Shown: positions 26,162-40,100 of the stretch, one piece after another
How the letters are laid out: each line of letters begins with the position of its first letter
Position numbering within the stretch: the first letter of the stretch is position 1
NCBI GenBank assembly: GCA_012295275.1
Contig: CM022673.1
Span: 29,512,001-29,576,000, forward strand
DNA from: Chrysomallon squamiferum
Taxonomy: Eukaryota; Animalia; Mollusca
Direction: 5' to 3'
DNA: 64,000 nt
Position numbers and translations under genes: made by a program
The notes under the pieces: model-generated
The model's input: the letters and a program-made list of their open reading frames with translations, nothing else
What the model was told of the DNA's origin: nothing
Databases searched by the model: none

Positions 26162-29146
26162 TTTGTGTGTTTGTGTGTGAGGATGTATATGCATAAATGC
26201 ATACACATAACTATGCAAATAGCAAGTATTTTATTGAAGTAAATATAGTTCCATCCCCAAAATTTTTATTTTTTCTCAGTGCCTGAAAATATAGAAATTT
26301 ATTTAGTCATCCTCTCTTGCCACCAAATAGAGTGGTTGCAGTATACACCTGATTTGAATTTTTGATATTTATACGACAAAGACAGAACAAAAAAAAATAA
26401 TAATAATTAAAAAAATAATAATAATAATAATATTAATAAAATTAAGACATCAACAATGATGCCAAAGAACTTTATTATGAGCATATTTGAAAAGTTATTC
26501 CATCTACTTTATTTAAAAGAAAGAGCAAACTTTCTGTTTATAGTTTGTATTTAAGAGAAAATTCAAGATTTCTTTTTTATCTAACGGCGTAACTAAAGGA
26601 TGAATAAGATTTTAAAAAAAATTTCTGTTATTGTTTTGAGTGTAGATACACAATAAAAATGTATTATGGATTTAAAATTGTTGGGTACGTGTCACAAGTA
26701 TTTTAAATCATTGGATTAAAAAAAAAAAATAGTGAAAAACAACAACAAACAAACAAACAAAAATCGCACAAACTATCATGTTTTGTAATCCATCATTGCA
26801 GTGGTTATAATTTTCAGTGAAATGAGTTCCATTACAAAGAAAAAATATCGGTGAGGGATACAAAAACACAAAAAAGACGGATGTGTGTTGTCGCACTTAT
26901 TTTCGGTCAGTATATTGCAAACTCCATGCTATCTGTATGTGATGTTTATTCCACACGATAACATTTAATCCTGCTTTGTTCTGACTCAGACTGATCGGTT
27001 TCTCTGATAGTGTGTGCGATTTTTTTGTTCTATATTCCTTTAATGACATACTTCTCCGTTTGCTTTTAGGATTATCCAGCCTCGTTTCTGCGATATAAAG
27101 AAAAACTGAAGTAAAAATAGAGCAGTGTACATATTTCATAAACCATTGTCCACAGTAAAAATAAAATACGAACGATAGGTCTTTTGTGATTCTGATTAGC
27201 TTGTAATAATAATTCAGTCACTAAAACAGCTTGAAAATGTCCACTGCGTTCCGTACGAAATTTGGATTTTTCTTATAAACATACGAATTATGTCGTTTAT
27301 GACAAACTGCTAATCTAAAAGTCTGTAATTCTGCGTGTTTCCTCTCTTCTTAAATGTATTAAACTGAACAGAGCACCAAAAATAGGTTACAAATGTAACG
27401 CGGACATCTTGGAATAAAACACTTGTTCTTTCTCTTTTAGACTCATCGTTTAAAAGGCAACAGCTCTAGATTTTTGCATACAAAATTTAAAAAATATATG
27501 TTTCAAAAGATTTGTAATCAGCAAATCAGAAACAATGGATAAAGAACAATATTACGAACAGGGATTATAAAGAATGCAAAGAAACGCAAATGATAACGTA
27601 TCTCTTATTTCTCTTAATAAGTATCGTTCAAATTCAGGTACATATTATTACGCGAATTAATCATTTTCTTTATGTGAAAATCAGTTACTATAATTATGGT
27701 GCATAAGTCTATTTCCATTCGTTTTTCTATATATTTTTTTAAAAACTCGCATGCGCATTGATTTTCTATCTCTGTGTTTAAATGGCCTTGCTGTTGGTAT
27801 TTACATTTGTCAAATTTATGTCTTCTATGTCAGTTCGTTTTAATAAATTGCTAAACTCGAGCGCTGTACATACTCAACTGAAATCAATTATTGCCACGAA
27901 TTCTGACTAAAATTAATCACCAAAACAGGTTTTTTTTTTTTTTTTTTTTTCTCGCTCTGTTCATCGCCTACGTTTTCGCTTAACGTTCATAAGACAAGAT
28001 GCCAAACTGTGAAGAAAGATTTCTTTCTTTTTTATTCTTGCAAATCACTGGTCACTTTTCTTCTTCTACTGATTGAAAAAGCCAACGAAAAGCAAAAAAA
28101 AAAAAAAACGGGGGGGGAGAAAAAAAAAAAAAAAAGAAAAGAAAAAAAAAAAGAAAGAAAGGAAAAAAGAAAGTGAAATAGAAATCTTTTGAAAAATCGC
28201 CCAGTAGATTTGTTGGTAGAAGACTTAAGTTGGCAGATTTTGTTTAACACGTCATAAGAATTTCTGCGTTCATCAAACGAGAGAAAATTATGTCTTTTCA
28301 TTCCACATCAGATATCGTCAGAGCGCGAGTCAAGATCGACATTCCAGTGTTATTCTGATAAGAAGGCTTTTGTAAATCAGAACCATACAACATGGATTAT
28401 TTACTTAATGCTACAGGCGAAATCTTTGAGGAGAATCTTTTCAAAGCACTTCCTGGAAGATTTTTCACACTCTCCTTTCGTTGGGGACGTGAATGGAAAT
28501 ATCGCTCACTTTGTTTACATTGCTTAAATATGCATTAAAGATGCTTCATGAAAACTTTAATAAGAAAATATGTATTAGCCCATCCATTAATCTTCAGCTG
28601 ATGGTGCATCCTTCCAATCAATAGTCTCTTGCTTTTCAGTCTTTCAGTTTCTGTCCGTCTCTCTGTTTATCAGTCCATTCCAGACTCTGACACAATAAAC
28701 ACCATTCATTCATTCATTCACTTATTATCTGTTAGTCATAGAGACTGACGCAGACATAAAGATAAAGGCATAAACATTTATGCATATTTGTGTGAGTGTC
28801 TGCATCTGTAGAGAGCTATATAACCATACAGACAGATTGGTTGATATTATTATTATTTAACAGTAAAGACGTTGTAATTCTTTTTCAGTTTTTAATATAT
28901 TAGAATGAGAAAGAATGAGCACGAGAGAGAGAGAGAGAGAGAAAAAGAGAGAGAGAGAGAAAAAGAGAGAGAGAGAGAGAGTCCAACCAAGTAATCAGAA
29001 AAAATAAATAATAATAACAACAAATCAACAATAACAATAATAAAATAACAACAACAGTAATAACAAATGTCGACGATGTTTCGTTTTTATCCTCATCTTG
29101 CTGCTGCTCCTCCTCCTCCTCATCATCATTATTATTGTTGTTGTTG

Positions 29147-29218
<72 letters not shown>

Positions 29219-29930
29219 GACCGGTAACACGACCTTCGTCATTCTGGCAAACATGAGACAGAGATCAATGCTTATAATCGATGAGACGTGATTACAAGGG
29301 AAAATAAAATTTTAATTAAAGGATTCCGACAAAGGATCAGCCCAAATGTTCACGAGTCGTTGGCAAAGCCGTTTCTAATGTCTATTCCCGTCAGCGATAA
29401 GTGTCAGTCGTCTGCTTTCGTTTGTCACGCGCACATGTTCCGTGTCGGAGCGTGCATTCTGAGGGGTTCTGGGAGTGTGGGTGTTGCATATGATTCAGGG
29501 ACAGATCCACAGTTTCATTTAAAATACAGGACGAAACTCAGTCGTTGTGGTGAATATAATCTTCAGAATGTAATATTTTTTAATGCGAAGGAAGCATACG
29601 TAGATCAAGAAAACGGGAAAGGATTACATCCCTTTGATTTGAAAATGTTATTAGTACGTCTTTGCCAGACATTGATGTCTGTAAGCAATCAGTTTAGATG
29701 TATACTTTATTTTATTTATTTTAAATAAAAGCTAATTCATATTTTTTTTATTTATATCGTGAAAAACCTTCAATATATTTACAGTTTTCAGTTATCAGCT
29801 TTTCTTTCTTGGACAACGAATCAGTGTTTCCAGCAATGACCATTTATTATGTAATACGAAAAAGTACAAACGTTACGAGTTCTAATTTTTTTTTTAAATA
29901 AGAAAATATGCTGGTGTGTATGTGTGTGTA

Positions 29931-30043
<113 letters not shown>

Positions 30044-33000
30044 TGATTGATTGTTAAACACACAAAACGAAGTAGAAAAGAATAAATGAATGAAAGATAA
30101 TCAGAGCAAAACGAAATCGGATAAATGAAATTAAAGATAGCCAAAGGAATGAATGAATAAAAGAAAGAAAACATTCACGTTTGTGATCTGGTTTTGACGT
30201 GTTTTCCCAGCTGGGCAGAAACTTAAAATGTAACAAACATCGCTTTCTTCATAACTGCAAATGTCAAATATAAGACGAGTGATTCAAAGTGGAAATAACA
30301 GCAACACTTTAAATAGAATAAATACACAGTGCACGATAACCTGCCGATTGGGAAGAGATTGGACTTGGTTGTTGTGTTAAATGTGAGATGACTCCCGGAA
30401 AGAACCATCTGCTCGAGTGTGCTGTGATCTCCGCTGGACTCTGAAACAGTTGAGAACTTCGATTCCTGGTTGGCTGCTGTTTGATGTATGCACCATTCAC
30501 GTGGTAAAAAAAATATTAAAAAAATGAAAGAATAAAGGTCCACTTCTCATTTTTCCTTTTTCCTCTTTCTCTTATAAGATGAGATGGAGTGATTTCACAA
30601 ACGGAAAAATATATATATTTTTAAATAGATTTAAATGTCTTTCTCAGAGACAACGATAACAAGTTATCTAAAAAGAATACAAATTCACTGAAAATGTTTT
30701 GGTTCACAGATCTAATAAAACAAGTTTTCTAGGCAGTATAAATAGATATATTCTAAATTATTTAATTCACTTTGGTTTAGCGACATCAACATCTGCTTGA
30801 GTTGTATGGGGCTTTTGGTTGTGTTTTTTTTAAACTTCGGATTTATATAATTATATTTCAGTAATAAAATTCTGTTTGCAGTTAAGTCTCCAACTGAAGA
30901 TTGACAAGTAAATGACTGGAAATATCCTCTATCACAGACCTTTAGAAAAACAGTATCTTTCATATCACTTTGTCTAAATACAGACACAAATATGTATGTA
31001 AAACAAAGAGAAAGTCGAGCAGTAAAGATATATATTTCAGTAACCGATGGTCCATTATGTGACGAGAGAAAAAAAAAAGAAAAAGCAGCCGCTGTTTTTC
31101 GATTACATAAAATGATAATTACGTGCATTTTTCAACAAACAAAAAAGGAAATTATCTTCAAAAAATCAATCTTAAGACGGAAAATCCTGAAATAACCATT
31201 ATAGCCATTTATCGGAAGACATCCAGTAAAGGTGCACCCAGGATCACGTAGGTCGTTAGGAGTTATTTCCCCTGGTGAAATTTGTTTATTTGTTGTTTCC
31301 ATTACATGCAAAATTTTACGTTTATGAATGGTTTTATTTTATGTTTATTTTTAAATGAATGTCAGTACAACTAAACTTACACATCAAAACAAAAATAAAC
31401 TTTGAAGAAAGAAATAATTAATATTAATAATAATAATCAGCATAATCATTACCATTAGAACCAATATTCTGCTTTATTTTATTTTATTTTTATTCTGCTG
31501 GACATATGGCCCAGAATGAAGTCATATCAAGATGCAGCCCAAAAATATGGACAAATCTTGTCATGATGTAATACAGAAATGATGAATCCTGTGACGATGA
31601 TTCTGAAAAATACATGAACTTGAATAATAATTATAGTCATACATGAAAGATGGATGAATCCTATCAGGATGTAGTCTTTTATGTTCCCGACAATAGCGAT
31701 ATGCTTTATAAACTTTACAGAGAAACAATTTACAGGACATTTAACAATTTCTACTATTAACTTTGGAAAATAAAATTCTGTAAAGACAAAATTAGTAATG
31801 ACACAAACAATTTAATAAAAAAGAAAAAAAGAAAGAAAAAAAAACCAGTAAACAGAATAAAGTTCACAAAATTAATCCATATGGCCTTTGTCTGACAGAT
31901 GAGAAAAAGCTGTTTAATGGGTATGATATTTAAAATTACAATATTAGACTGGGCTGAACTTGCAGACAGGAGGAAATAAATGAGTCAGCTCGTGTCAACA
32001 AGACCAAAAATAAACTTTAAAAGAATAAAATGTCAGCATAAATTATGTACGAGATCATAGTGGTGAATGATATTTATAAAGATCTCGATATTCTTTACAT
32101 CATTTTCTGTGTAAATTGCAATATGTCAGTTCCTTTCTAAACAATTGGTAATATCATAAAAGTAAATAACATATATAAATAATAATTACGTTAACTAATT
32201 TGTAGGCACCTAAGTGTAAAGGTGAAGAGGTAGGTTTTTCTCATTTATGTCATTAATTATTTTATATATTATGCTTTTCTTGCATCTCTGCTGTCTCAAA
32301 TAACATTTTAAGCAGTTTTGTTTAATAAATATTTTATTTTTGATTATAATTATAAATTTAGTTATTAGGGTTCATCCAAAGTTTCATCATATTAATGTCG
32401 AACAAAACAAAACAAAAAAACAAAAATAATAAAAATCACTTACAAAAAATAATGTATAACCAAATGTAACACGCAATTACAAGCATTAAAAAAGAAAAAA
32501 AAGTCAATAAGGGATATAATACACATAAAATAAGTTTAGTTAAAATATTAAAAAGTAAAATACAATTTTGAATTTATAATTTTAAACAGGTGATACGAAA
32601 TTGTTAATCATTAATCTTAAAATACGACGTAGGTTTAAATTTTAAAAATGTGATGGTAACATATTGGTTTAACTCTGAAAATAATAAATAATTGTTATAT
32701 GATTTGCAGCAGTTTATTTAAACCCGTAGCCTCGATTCAATCGTTCTTCTATGGAGTCGAGCGATTTGTCTAATAACAGGTGCGTAACACATGACCATGA
32801 ACTTGTATAAGATTGCTTTTTATTGGATGAACCAGACAAAACTACCCAATCATCTTTGATGTTACATTTGTTTTTGTTAACAAGGTAGATAACCACGTAT
32901 GTCTTCTTTGTATGGAGAGAAAGAAAATGTATTAAATGTTAGGTAAATATATTATTAATGTTGAAATTCTACTGCCTTTATTTAAGAAAACAAATGATTA

Positions 33001-34254
33001 ATATTTCTTTTAAACTGAATGACTGAGAGAGACAAACGAAAAAGCTTCTTGATATATATTAGTAGTAGTATAAAAAACAACATTTAACGATACATTCACA
33101 TTGTAAAATCATTGTTAAAAAAAATAACTTATTAACGTTTATTTCGAGATTATGTAGATATGACTTATCGATGTTATTTTATACTCACAGTAAGAGTTGC
33201 TGAGAAGGTAATTTATTATTTAGTGTTTGGAAATTTTAGAACACTTAACACGGACATTGGACGACGCTATGTACATGTACTGATGTAGCTATTTAAAGTT
33301 AAACTAGTAATACTAATAGTATTATTAGTATGTTTCGAGACGAATCACGACTAAAGTTGATTTCAGTTTACAAATAACAGCAACTGTATGTTTGTCTTAT
33401 GAAGTGACAATAATATAAAATAAATAGTGACACAAATATAGAGACACTTACTAAGTAACATAGACCAGTTTGTACATCAAACACTGTTGATCTCATTTTC
33501 AGTCATAACTAAAGCCAAAGCTCTAGCTACTGAAATGAACGTGCAGTTTAGACTTAGAGTGAGAAAAAATAACTTAGGAATGAATATCAGTGTATACTTT
33601 ACAGGAGGTTAAAATACAGTCTCAAAACAATGAAAACAATATCCCAAACCTCAAACGTTATCCCCAAAAAGAAAAAAGAAATATCAATAAAGTAACACAC
33701 ATAATTAATTAATAATAATACTAAAAATGTAAAATTGTGCTGTCTTGATTGTTATTTTTATTAGGATATGAAAACAGGTTTCAATAATATTCTTAAGTTT
33801 ATTTCAGTTTAGACTTTATTATTATTATTTGTTTTTAGGATATCTTGGTGGATGGACATCGCATATGTTCCTAGTCAACATGCTTTACTCAGCTGCACAT
33901 ATCTTGTTCTGCTTATGACCCAGTCAGACACGAGGACTTTTTCCAATGGTGCTTAAATCTTTAAAAAATATTTTATTTGAATTGCAATTTGGACAATTAT
34001 AGTGCCATATAATGTTTTCACATTGTTGTTACTGTGAAATATGTACTTTGCAATATCATGAATATATGTTTGTTTTCAGTTTTTAAATCCACTTAATTTT
34101 GTTCAGCTGTATGCTTTGATGTAATTTATTACATAATTAAGTTTATGACTCTTACAAGATCATTACTTGTAAAATATATGATTATATTTTATTATGACAG
34201 AACTGATACAGTTAAAAAAGTAAAAAAAAAAAATTATGTTTTGTATTTCTGTAG

Positions 34255-37062
34255 ATGCTGCTGCGGTTGAAAAAGACTGTGTTGTTGGTTCTCGTCATTG
34301 GAGGTGCTGTTCCTGTCACTCTGATGATTTATCTCGTCATATCTCAAGGTGTGTTCTGTTTTACTATAGTGTCAAGAAAATATTAAAACATTAAAATTAT
34401 ATTCATTGTATGCAAGATAATTTCGTTGAAAAGATATTAGGGTTTTAGAGGAACTTGAAATATCTCCTAGAAATTTCATATGATTATTAAAATCCCCTAA
34501 GAGTTGAGTCAAATGTAAAAATAACATGTAAAATAAGAATATTAATATTGTGTCACATTTAAAAATTACATGAAAATAACAATATCTCTGTTCTGTTAAT
34601 ATAGACTCTTACTTGTACGGTGATAATGGTGAAATTGGAAATCTCGAAACGAAGCTGGCTGAGAGAATTAGAAGTGTTGAAGAACAGAATCAGATGTTAC
34701 GTAAACAACTCAGGTAAACACTTCTTCCTTAAATTTCTCTCTGTCTGGTTGATTGCACTGTCCAGTCGTATAGCATTGTATTAATATAAGAAGTCATGTT
34801 CTCTTTACTGTGACAGATTGTATGTACACAGCAAATCAGTACATACTGAAATATATCAAGACAGAGTTGTGTCCCATACTGGCTGTCATGTTGATAAGAA
34901 TTTATTTAATTCACCCAACAGCAAATAAAAGATGACAATTAAATGTACAAATTTTCTGAAACATGTTAATGATGCAAAAATTGTATAAATATTTCTTAAT
35001 TCTTTAGTATTGATTCCAGTTTATGACACAAATTATCACAGTTTCTTTACATTTATAAAAATTAAAAACACCTACATCATTCAGATTTTAGATTAAATGT
35101 ACTGATAAATCAACATTTTACAGTAAACAGTATCATTATAATTATTTTTAAAAGTTAAAGATATAAAATTAAAATTATATAAAAGGATTAATTACTTTTA
35201 ACTTTAAAAATATTAAATTGCTGACCAAATCAACAACAGGCTGGTCACATATATTAAACTCTTTTATATACATTTAAAAAAATTATTTTATAGTCTCCAA
35301 ATATCAGGTTTATACATAGTTTTAAATAATTTATTTTCATTTTACTTTCAGTTTTGTAATATCCAAATATCATTGTTAAAAGTAGGGTTTTAATAACTTA
35401 TTGATTTTATAAACTGGGTCAGTACAGACATCATTATAAACATGTTTAATTTTGTGCAGTATGGCACAGAACCAGGTTCTTCACATGCAGATGAGTCTTG
35501 CTGTTCAGAATGACTCAAAGAAAGGAAATTCTAGTGTGCGGTGTGTGAATGCAGAACCAGAAGTCCCCAAATGTGAGGTATGAGGAAGCCTTTTTCTTCA
35601 CACTATGTTTTTTAATTATAATCCATGACAGTTTCTTGTACATCTCTCAGTTCAGACAGTGTTTAAATTTTTGCTGAACATTTTTAGGAATTAGAAATAT
35701 CTTAACAAGTGAATTTCCTATGAAAAATGCTGTGTTACATAAATGCTATTAGTTATTTATGTTGTTAACCTACAAAATGATTGCTTTGACTTATTTACTA
35801 CACGGATTATAAAATAAGAAACATTGCAAGTTTACAAGACATTGAAACTGATTTTAGCAATATCACATTTGTTCCCAAATCTCTAAATTCCTCCTAATAA
35901 AAATAAAATCAATATTTATTAATATCGAGATATATATATATTCAAAAGCCATTTTTAAAAGATAAAAATGAATAGAGTATTATTGATTATAGTAAATGTT
36001 TTAGAAGTGGTATTAACTTGTTTTATTATTATTATTAATATTTGCATTTTTCCAGATCATTCAAGTAGCAATTGTATGTGCTGGCCACAACTCTACAAGG
36101 GACGTAGTGACTCTTATTAAGAGTGTGTTGTTTTATCGGCGAAATCCTCTCCATTTTCATTTTATCTCTGATACAGTAGCTGAACTAATACTCAAGAAAC
36201 TCTTTGAGACTTGGAATTTAGCTGGAGGTGAGTTCTAAACTGCTGTAGCACCACTGTTGGAGGTTATAATTTGATGTGTTTTGAACAGTTTTTAGCAAAA
36301 TATATTTAATAAAAGTACATCATTGGTGATACAGTCTAGCACATTTTCTATACTCCCCTATGCTATTTTTATGCTTTTATGCCTAAAGGTTACAATAGGA
36401 ATATGTTTGATATTTCTACCTTTTATCTTAACATCTTCAGGCAAAGAAATATAAAAATCCAGTTTGTCAGGTTTACTCAGTCTTTTAGAAATTTTATTTT
36501 TTCTGAGTATCACCAAAAACATGCACTTAAAATATTATTTTGACTTTAATGACTCATACATTCATTGGTTTGGTGTCTTTTTGTGGTTCTGCTAACATAA
36601 CAAAGAAATGTATCATTTAACTGTTACTGGTTAACACCAGTTTTTTAGTGAAAATATTAAAAACTATAGTTTTTGAGTTTGAGAAAATACAGTTGTCCAT
36701 CATTTCTAAAATATAACATGTTACTTCATTTTAACTTAATTTTTTATTTTTCAGTGCAAGTCAGTTTTTACCCTGCAGATAACATTGCAGTAAGAATTTA
36801 CTTATTTACTTTATTCCTTTATTTATTTATTAAACTGTCAGATTAATTATCAGTTTGTAAAGTAATGACTTTAATGATTAAAGTTATTCACTCAGTGAAG
36901 TAGGTTATGTAAGAGAATATGAAACTTGACATCATGTTTAACAGTCGTGTTTGTGACTTACATATATTAAACTTGTTATTAAAATATTGATTCAGCATCA
37001 ATAACATCTTCAGAATTTGCAAAATGTTTGATAAGACTAAGCAGTCAGAAGGTTTTTCAGAT

Positions 37063-37100
<38 letters not shown>

Positions 37101-40100
37101 AAAAAAAAAATATAATAAATAAATATAACAAAATAAAATAAACAACTTCCATAAATTATTCTTTTTAAAAAATGTCACAGCTCAGAATTCTTTTTTTATA
37201 TACATCTTTTGAGAACACAGCTGTTGTTAAACAGGATTTAAGATTTAATTTCCCTTCACTCTATTTCAGCCGGAAGTGTCGTGGATTCCCAACAGACATT
37301 ATTCAGGTGTTTATGGTCTCATGAAATTGTCTCTTCCAAAAACTCTTCCTTCAAATCTTGAAAAGGTAAGAAAACTATGAACAAAAAAAGCAACAATTCA
37401 TACTGATATATACACAAATGAAAATTATTCAGTATACAATTATTAAAGGAAATATCATTTGTCTATATAAAAAAATAATAATATTATTATGTTTGAAATA
37501 TAGTTTGAAACCTGGATCATGAAACAGGTTAAAAAAAAAAGATAATTTGTGTTTAGATTTTACAAAAAAGAAACCAAAGATATTTTTATCTGACAACTTT
37601 CCAAACTTGGTAATGTCAAAACAGTGGTTTACCAACCTGGTATTTTATTTGAAATTTTATTTGTCTTTTCTCAAAGAATATAGTAGTAAAAAAAAAAAAA
37701 ATTTCAATAATGGTTTTATTTGTTTTAAGTGATTTGTTTTCATTTAAGTAACTGAACTGTAATCATTGAATTGTGTATTTTTCAGGTAATTGTTTTGGAC
37801 ACTGATGTAACATTTGCGACAGACATAGCAGAACTGTGGAAGATTTTCAGAGTGTTGAAAGGAAGACAGGTTAGATGAGTTATTTATGTTTGTATTCATG
37901 TAAATTCAAAATTAACTGTAAACTAATGTCTCTTTCTCACTGAAATTTTAGTTTTAATATTTTAGTAGTTTTCTGTCCATCAAGAACACTAACAGAACTG
38001 TATTATTACAAAATTTATGTGATTTAAAAAAAAAAGATTTTTTTTAATCATCAGCACATGTTTGTATTTTGTTTCAGGCTCTTGGTCTGGTTGAAAATCA
38101 GAGTGACTGGTATTTAGGAAAACTTTGGAAAAATCACAGACCATGGCCAGCACTGGTAAGTAGTGTTTTTCAGTGTTTGTTGTTACTACTTGGTATAAAT
38201 CAATACTGAATAAGTTCTAGCTTTCTGAATTGTATTCTTTGAATCATACCAGTCCATTAGGATTTGTATGGTTTAGATAAGAAATTATTTTTTATCAATG
38301 TCAAATTTATTTGAAATTTTGTTTTATTTGGGGTTTTTTAGGGTCGTGGTTTTAACACGGGTGTAATTCTGTTGGATTTGACGATGTTGAAAGCTGTGAA
38401 CTGGATGCAGATGTGGAAACTCATAGCAGAGAAAGAGTTAATGAGCATGTTAGCAACATCATTAGCTGACCAGGCAAGAGTTTTTTTCCCCATTAATTAC
38501 CTAAATTCTTAATTCTTTTCTTAACTTGTTTAGATAATAAATATTGAACTTAAAAAAAAAAAAGAAAAAAAAGAAACAATTTTTCTTAATTCAGTTTCAT
38601 ATAAAAAAAAAAAATAATGTACCTAATGTAGAATTATTGGGGATCGTTGTGTTAATAAATATTGAATTAATGATTTAAGATTTGCTTTTCAGGATATTTT
38701 TAACGCTGTACTAAAACAACACCCGTACTTGGTGTATCGACTGCCATGTCAGTGGAACGTTCAGCTGAGTGAAAACACGCGAAGTGAGCAGTGCTACAGC
38801 GAGGTGGCCGACCTAAAAGTGAGTTTCTTCTTCTTTCTTTAGTCTCACATACACAGAGACAGTGCATTTCTACAACAACTTAGCCAGCTCAGTTTTCAAA
38901 TGTGAAAGGTCATATTAACTAAAGACAGAGAAAATCTTCAGTTTCCTTCAAAATTCTTTGATAAACCAGTCATGGGACTTTGGATGAAAAGGAAAGTTTT
39001 GTTTAAAAAATAAAAAGACAATTTTCAATATAAAAAAAACCTATGTTTACAGTAGAAATGAACAAAAATTCTTTCCAAGGACTGAATAATATGATGCACA
39101 AAGATTATTCAGTGAACAATGTTTTATTAAATCTGATTGAATCATATCTTAAACACATTCATTTTTATTAACATCAGTAATAATTAAAAATGATAATAAT
39201 CAACATATTATGATATTTGTATTTTCTTACAGGTATATCTGGTAGTTAGTAAGTGTGTATACTGTTGTAAATGTGTTTATAAATTTTTATATGATTTTAA
39301 TAATTTTCAGATCATTCACTGGAATTCTCCTCTAAAGCTAAAAGTAAAAAACAAACATGTAGAGTTGTTTCGTAACATGTACTTGACTTTCCTCGAGTAT
39401 GACGGCAACTTGTTAAGAAGAGAACTGTTTGGTTGTGGAACACCAAGTTCTTCCAGTGATGTCCAGGAACAAGTGAGTCTTCTGTCTTTAACTATTTGTG
39501 ATGTCTTCCTGGTAAACCACTAGCTTCTCTAGTAATACTGCCTGATGTGTTGTAATAAAAACAAATGTTCTAAATATATTTTCTCACTCTTTCTGATGAC
39601 AGTTTTATTTGTTTTATTGTTAATTGACTAAGTAAATGTTTGCAAAATTGCCAAATATCTTTGTTGCTGATTTTTGTTTACATTTTTTAAGTATTAAATT
39701 ACATAAAACATATTTATTGCACTATTGCAGCACCCTCAAGAATTTGTTGTATTATTATCTAACTTTATAAACTAGAAAAAACACTCATTTGAAAATACAC
39801 AAAATATATTTACTTGGTTTGTTTCCTTGTCATACACTTGATATACTTTAAAAACATATTTTAACCCATCATTTCCAGGTAATTGCAATCAACGAAGATG
39901 ATGAATGTTATGATTTTCGGCGTGAAAGGGTCCTGGTCCACAGAACTCATCTCTTCTATCTGGATTACTCCTACCAGTCCTCAGACGATGATGTCACCCT
40001 TGTCGCACAGCTCAGCATGGATCGGCTGCAGATGCTGGAGATGATTTGTAAACACTGGCAGGGACCAATCAGTATCTCACTATACATGTCTGACACAGAG

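Noticed and set aside
29288-29728. 146-aa + strand ORF
   Set aside because: Non-ATG start, no recognisable domain and no convincing splice partners. More likely non-coding regulatory sequence.
33839-33957. Exon-like block with an ATG ORF (MDIAYVPSQH...) upstream of LARGE
   Set aside because: It does not splice in frame to the LARGE ATG exon. It may be a 5' UTR exon or uORF, but this cannot be supported without transcripts.
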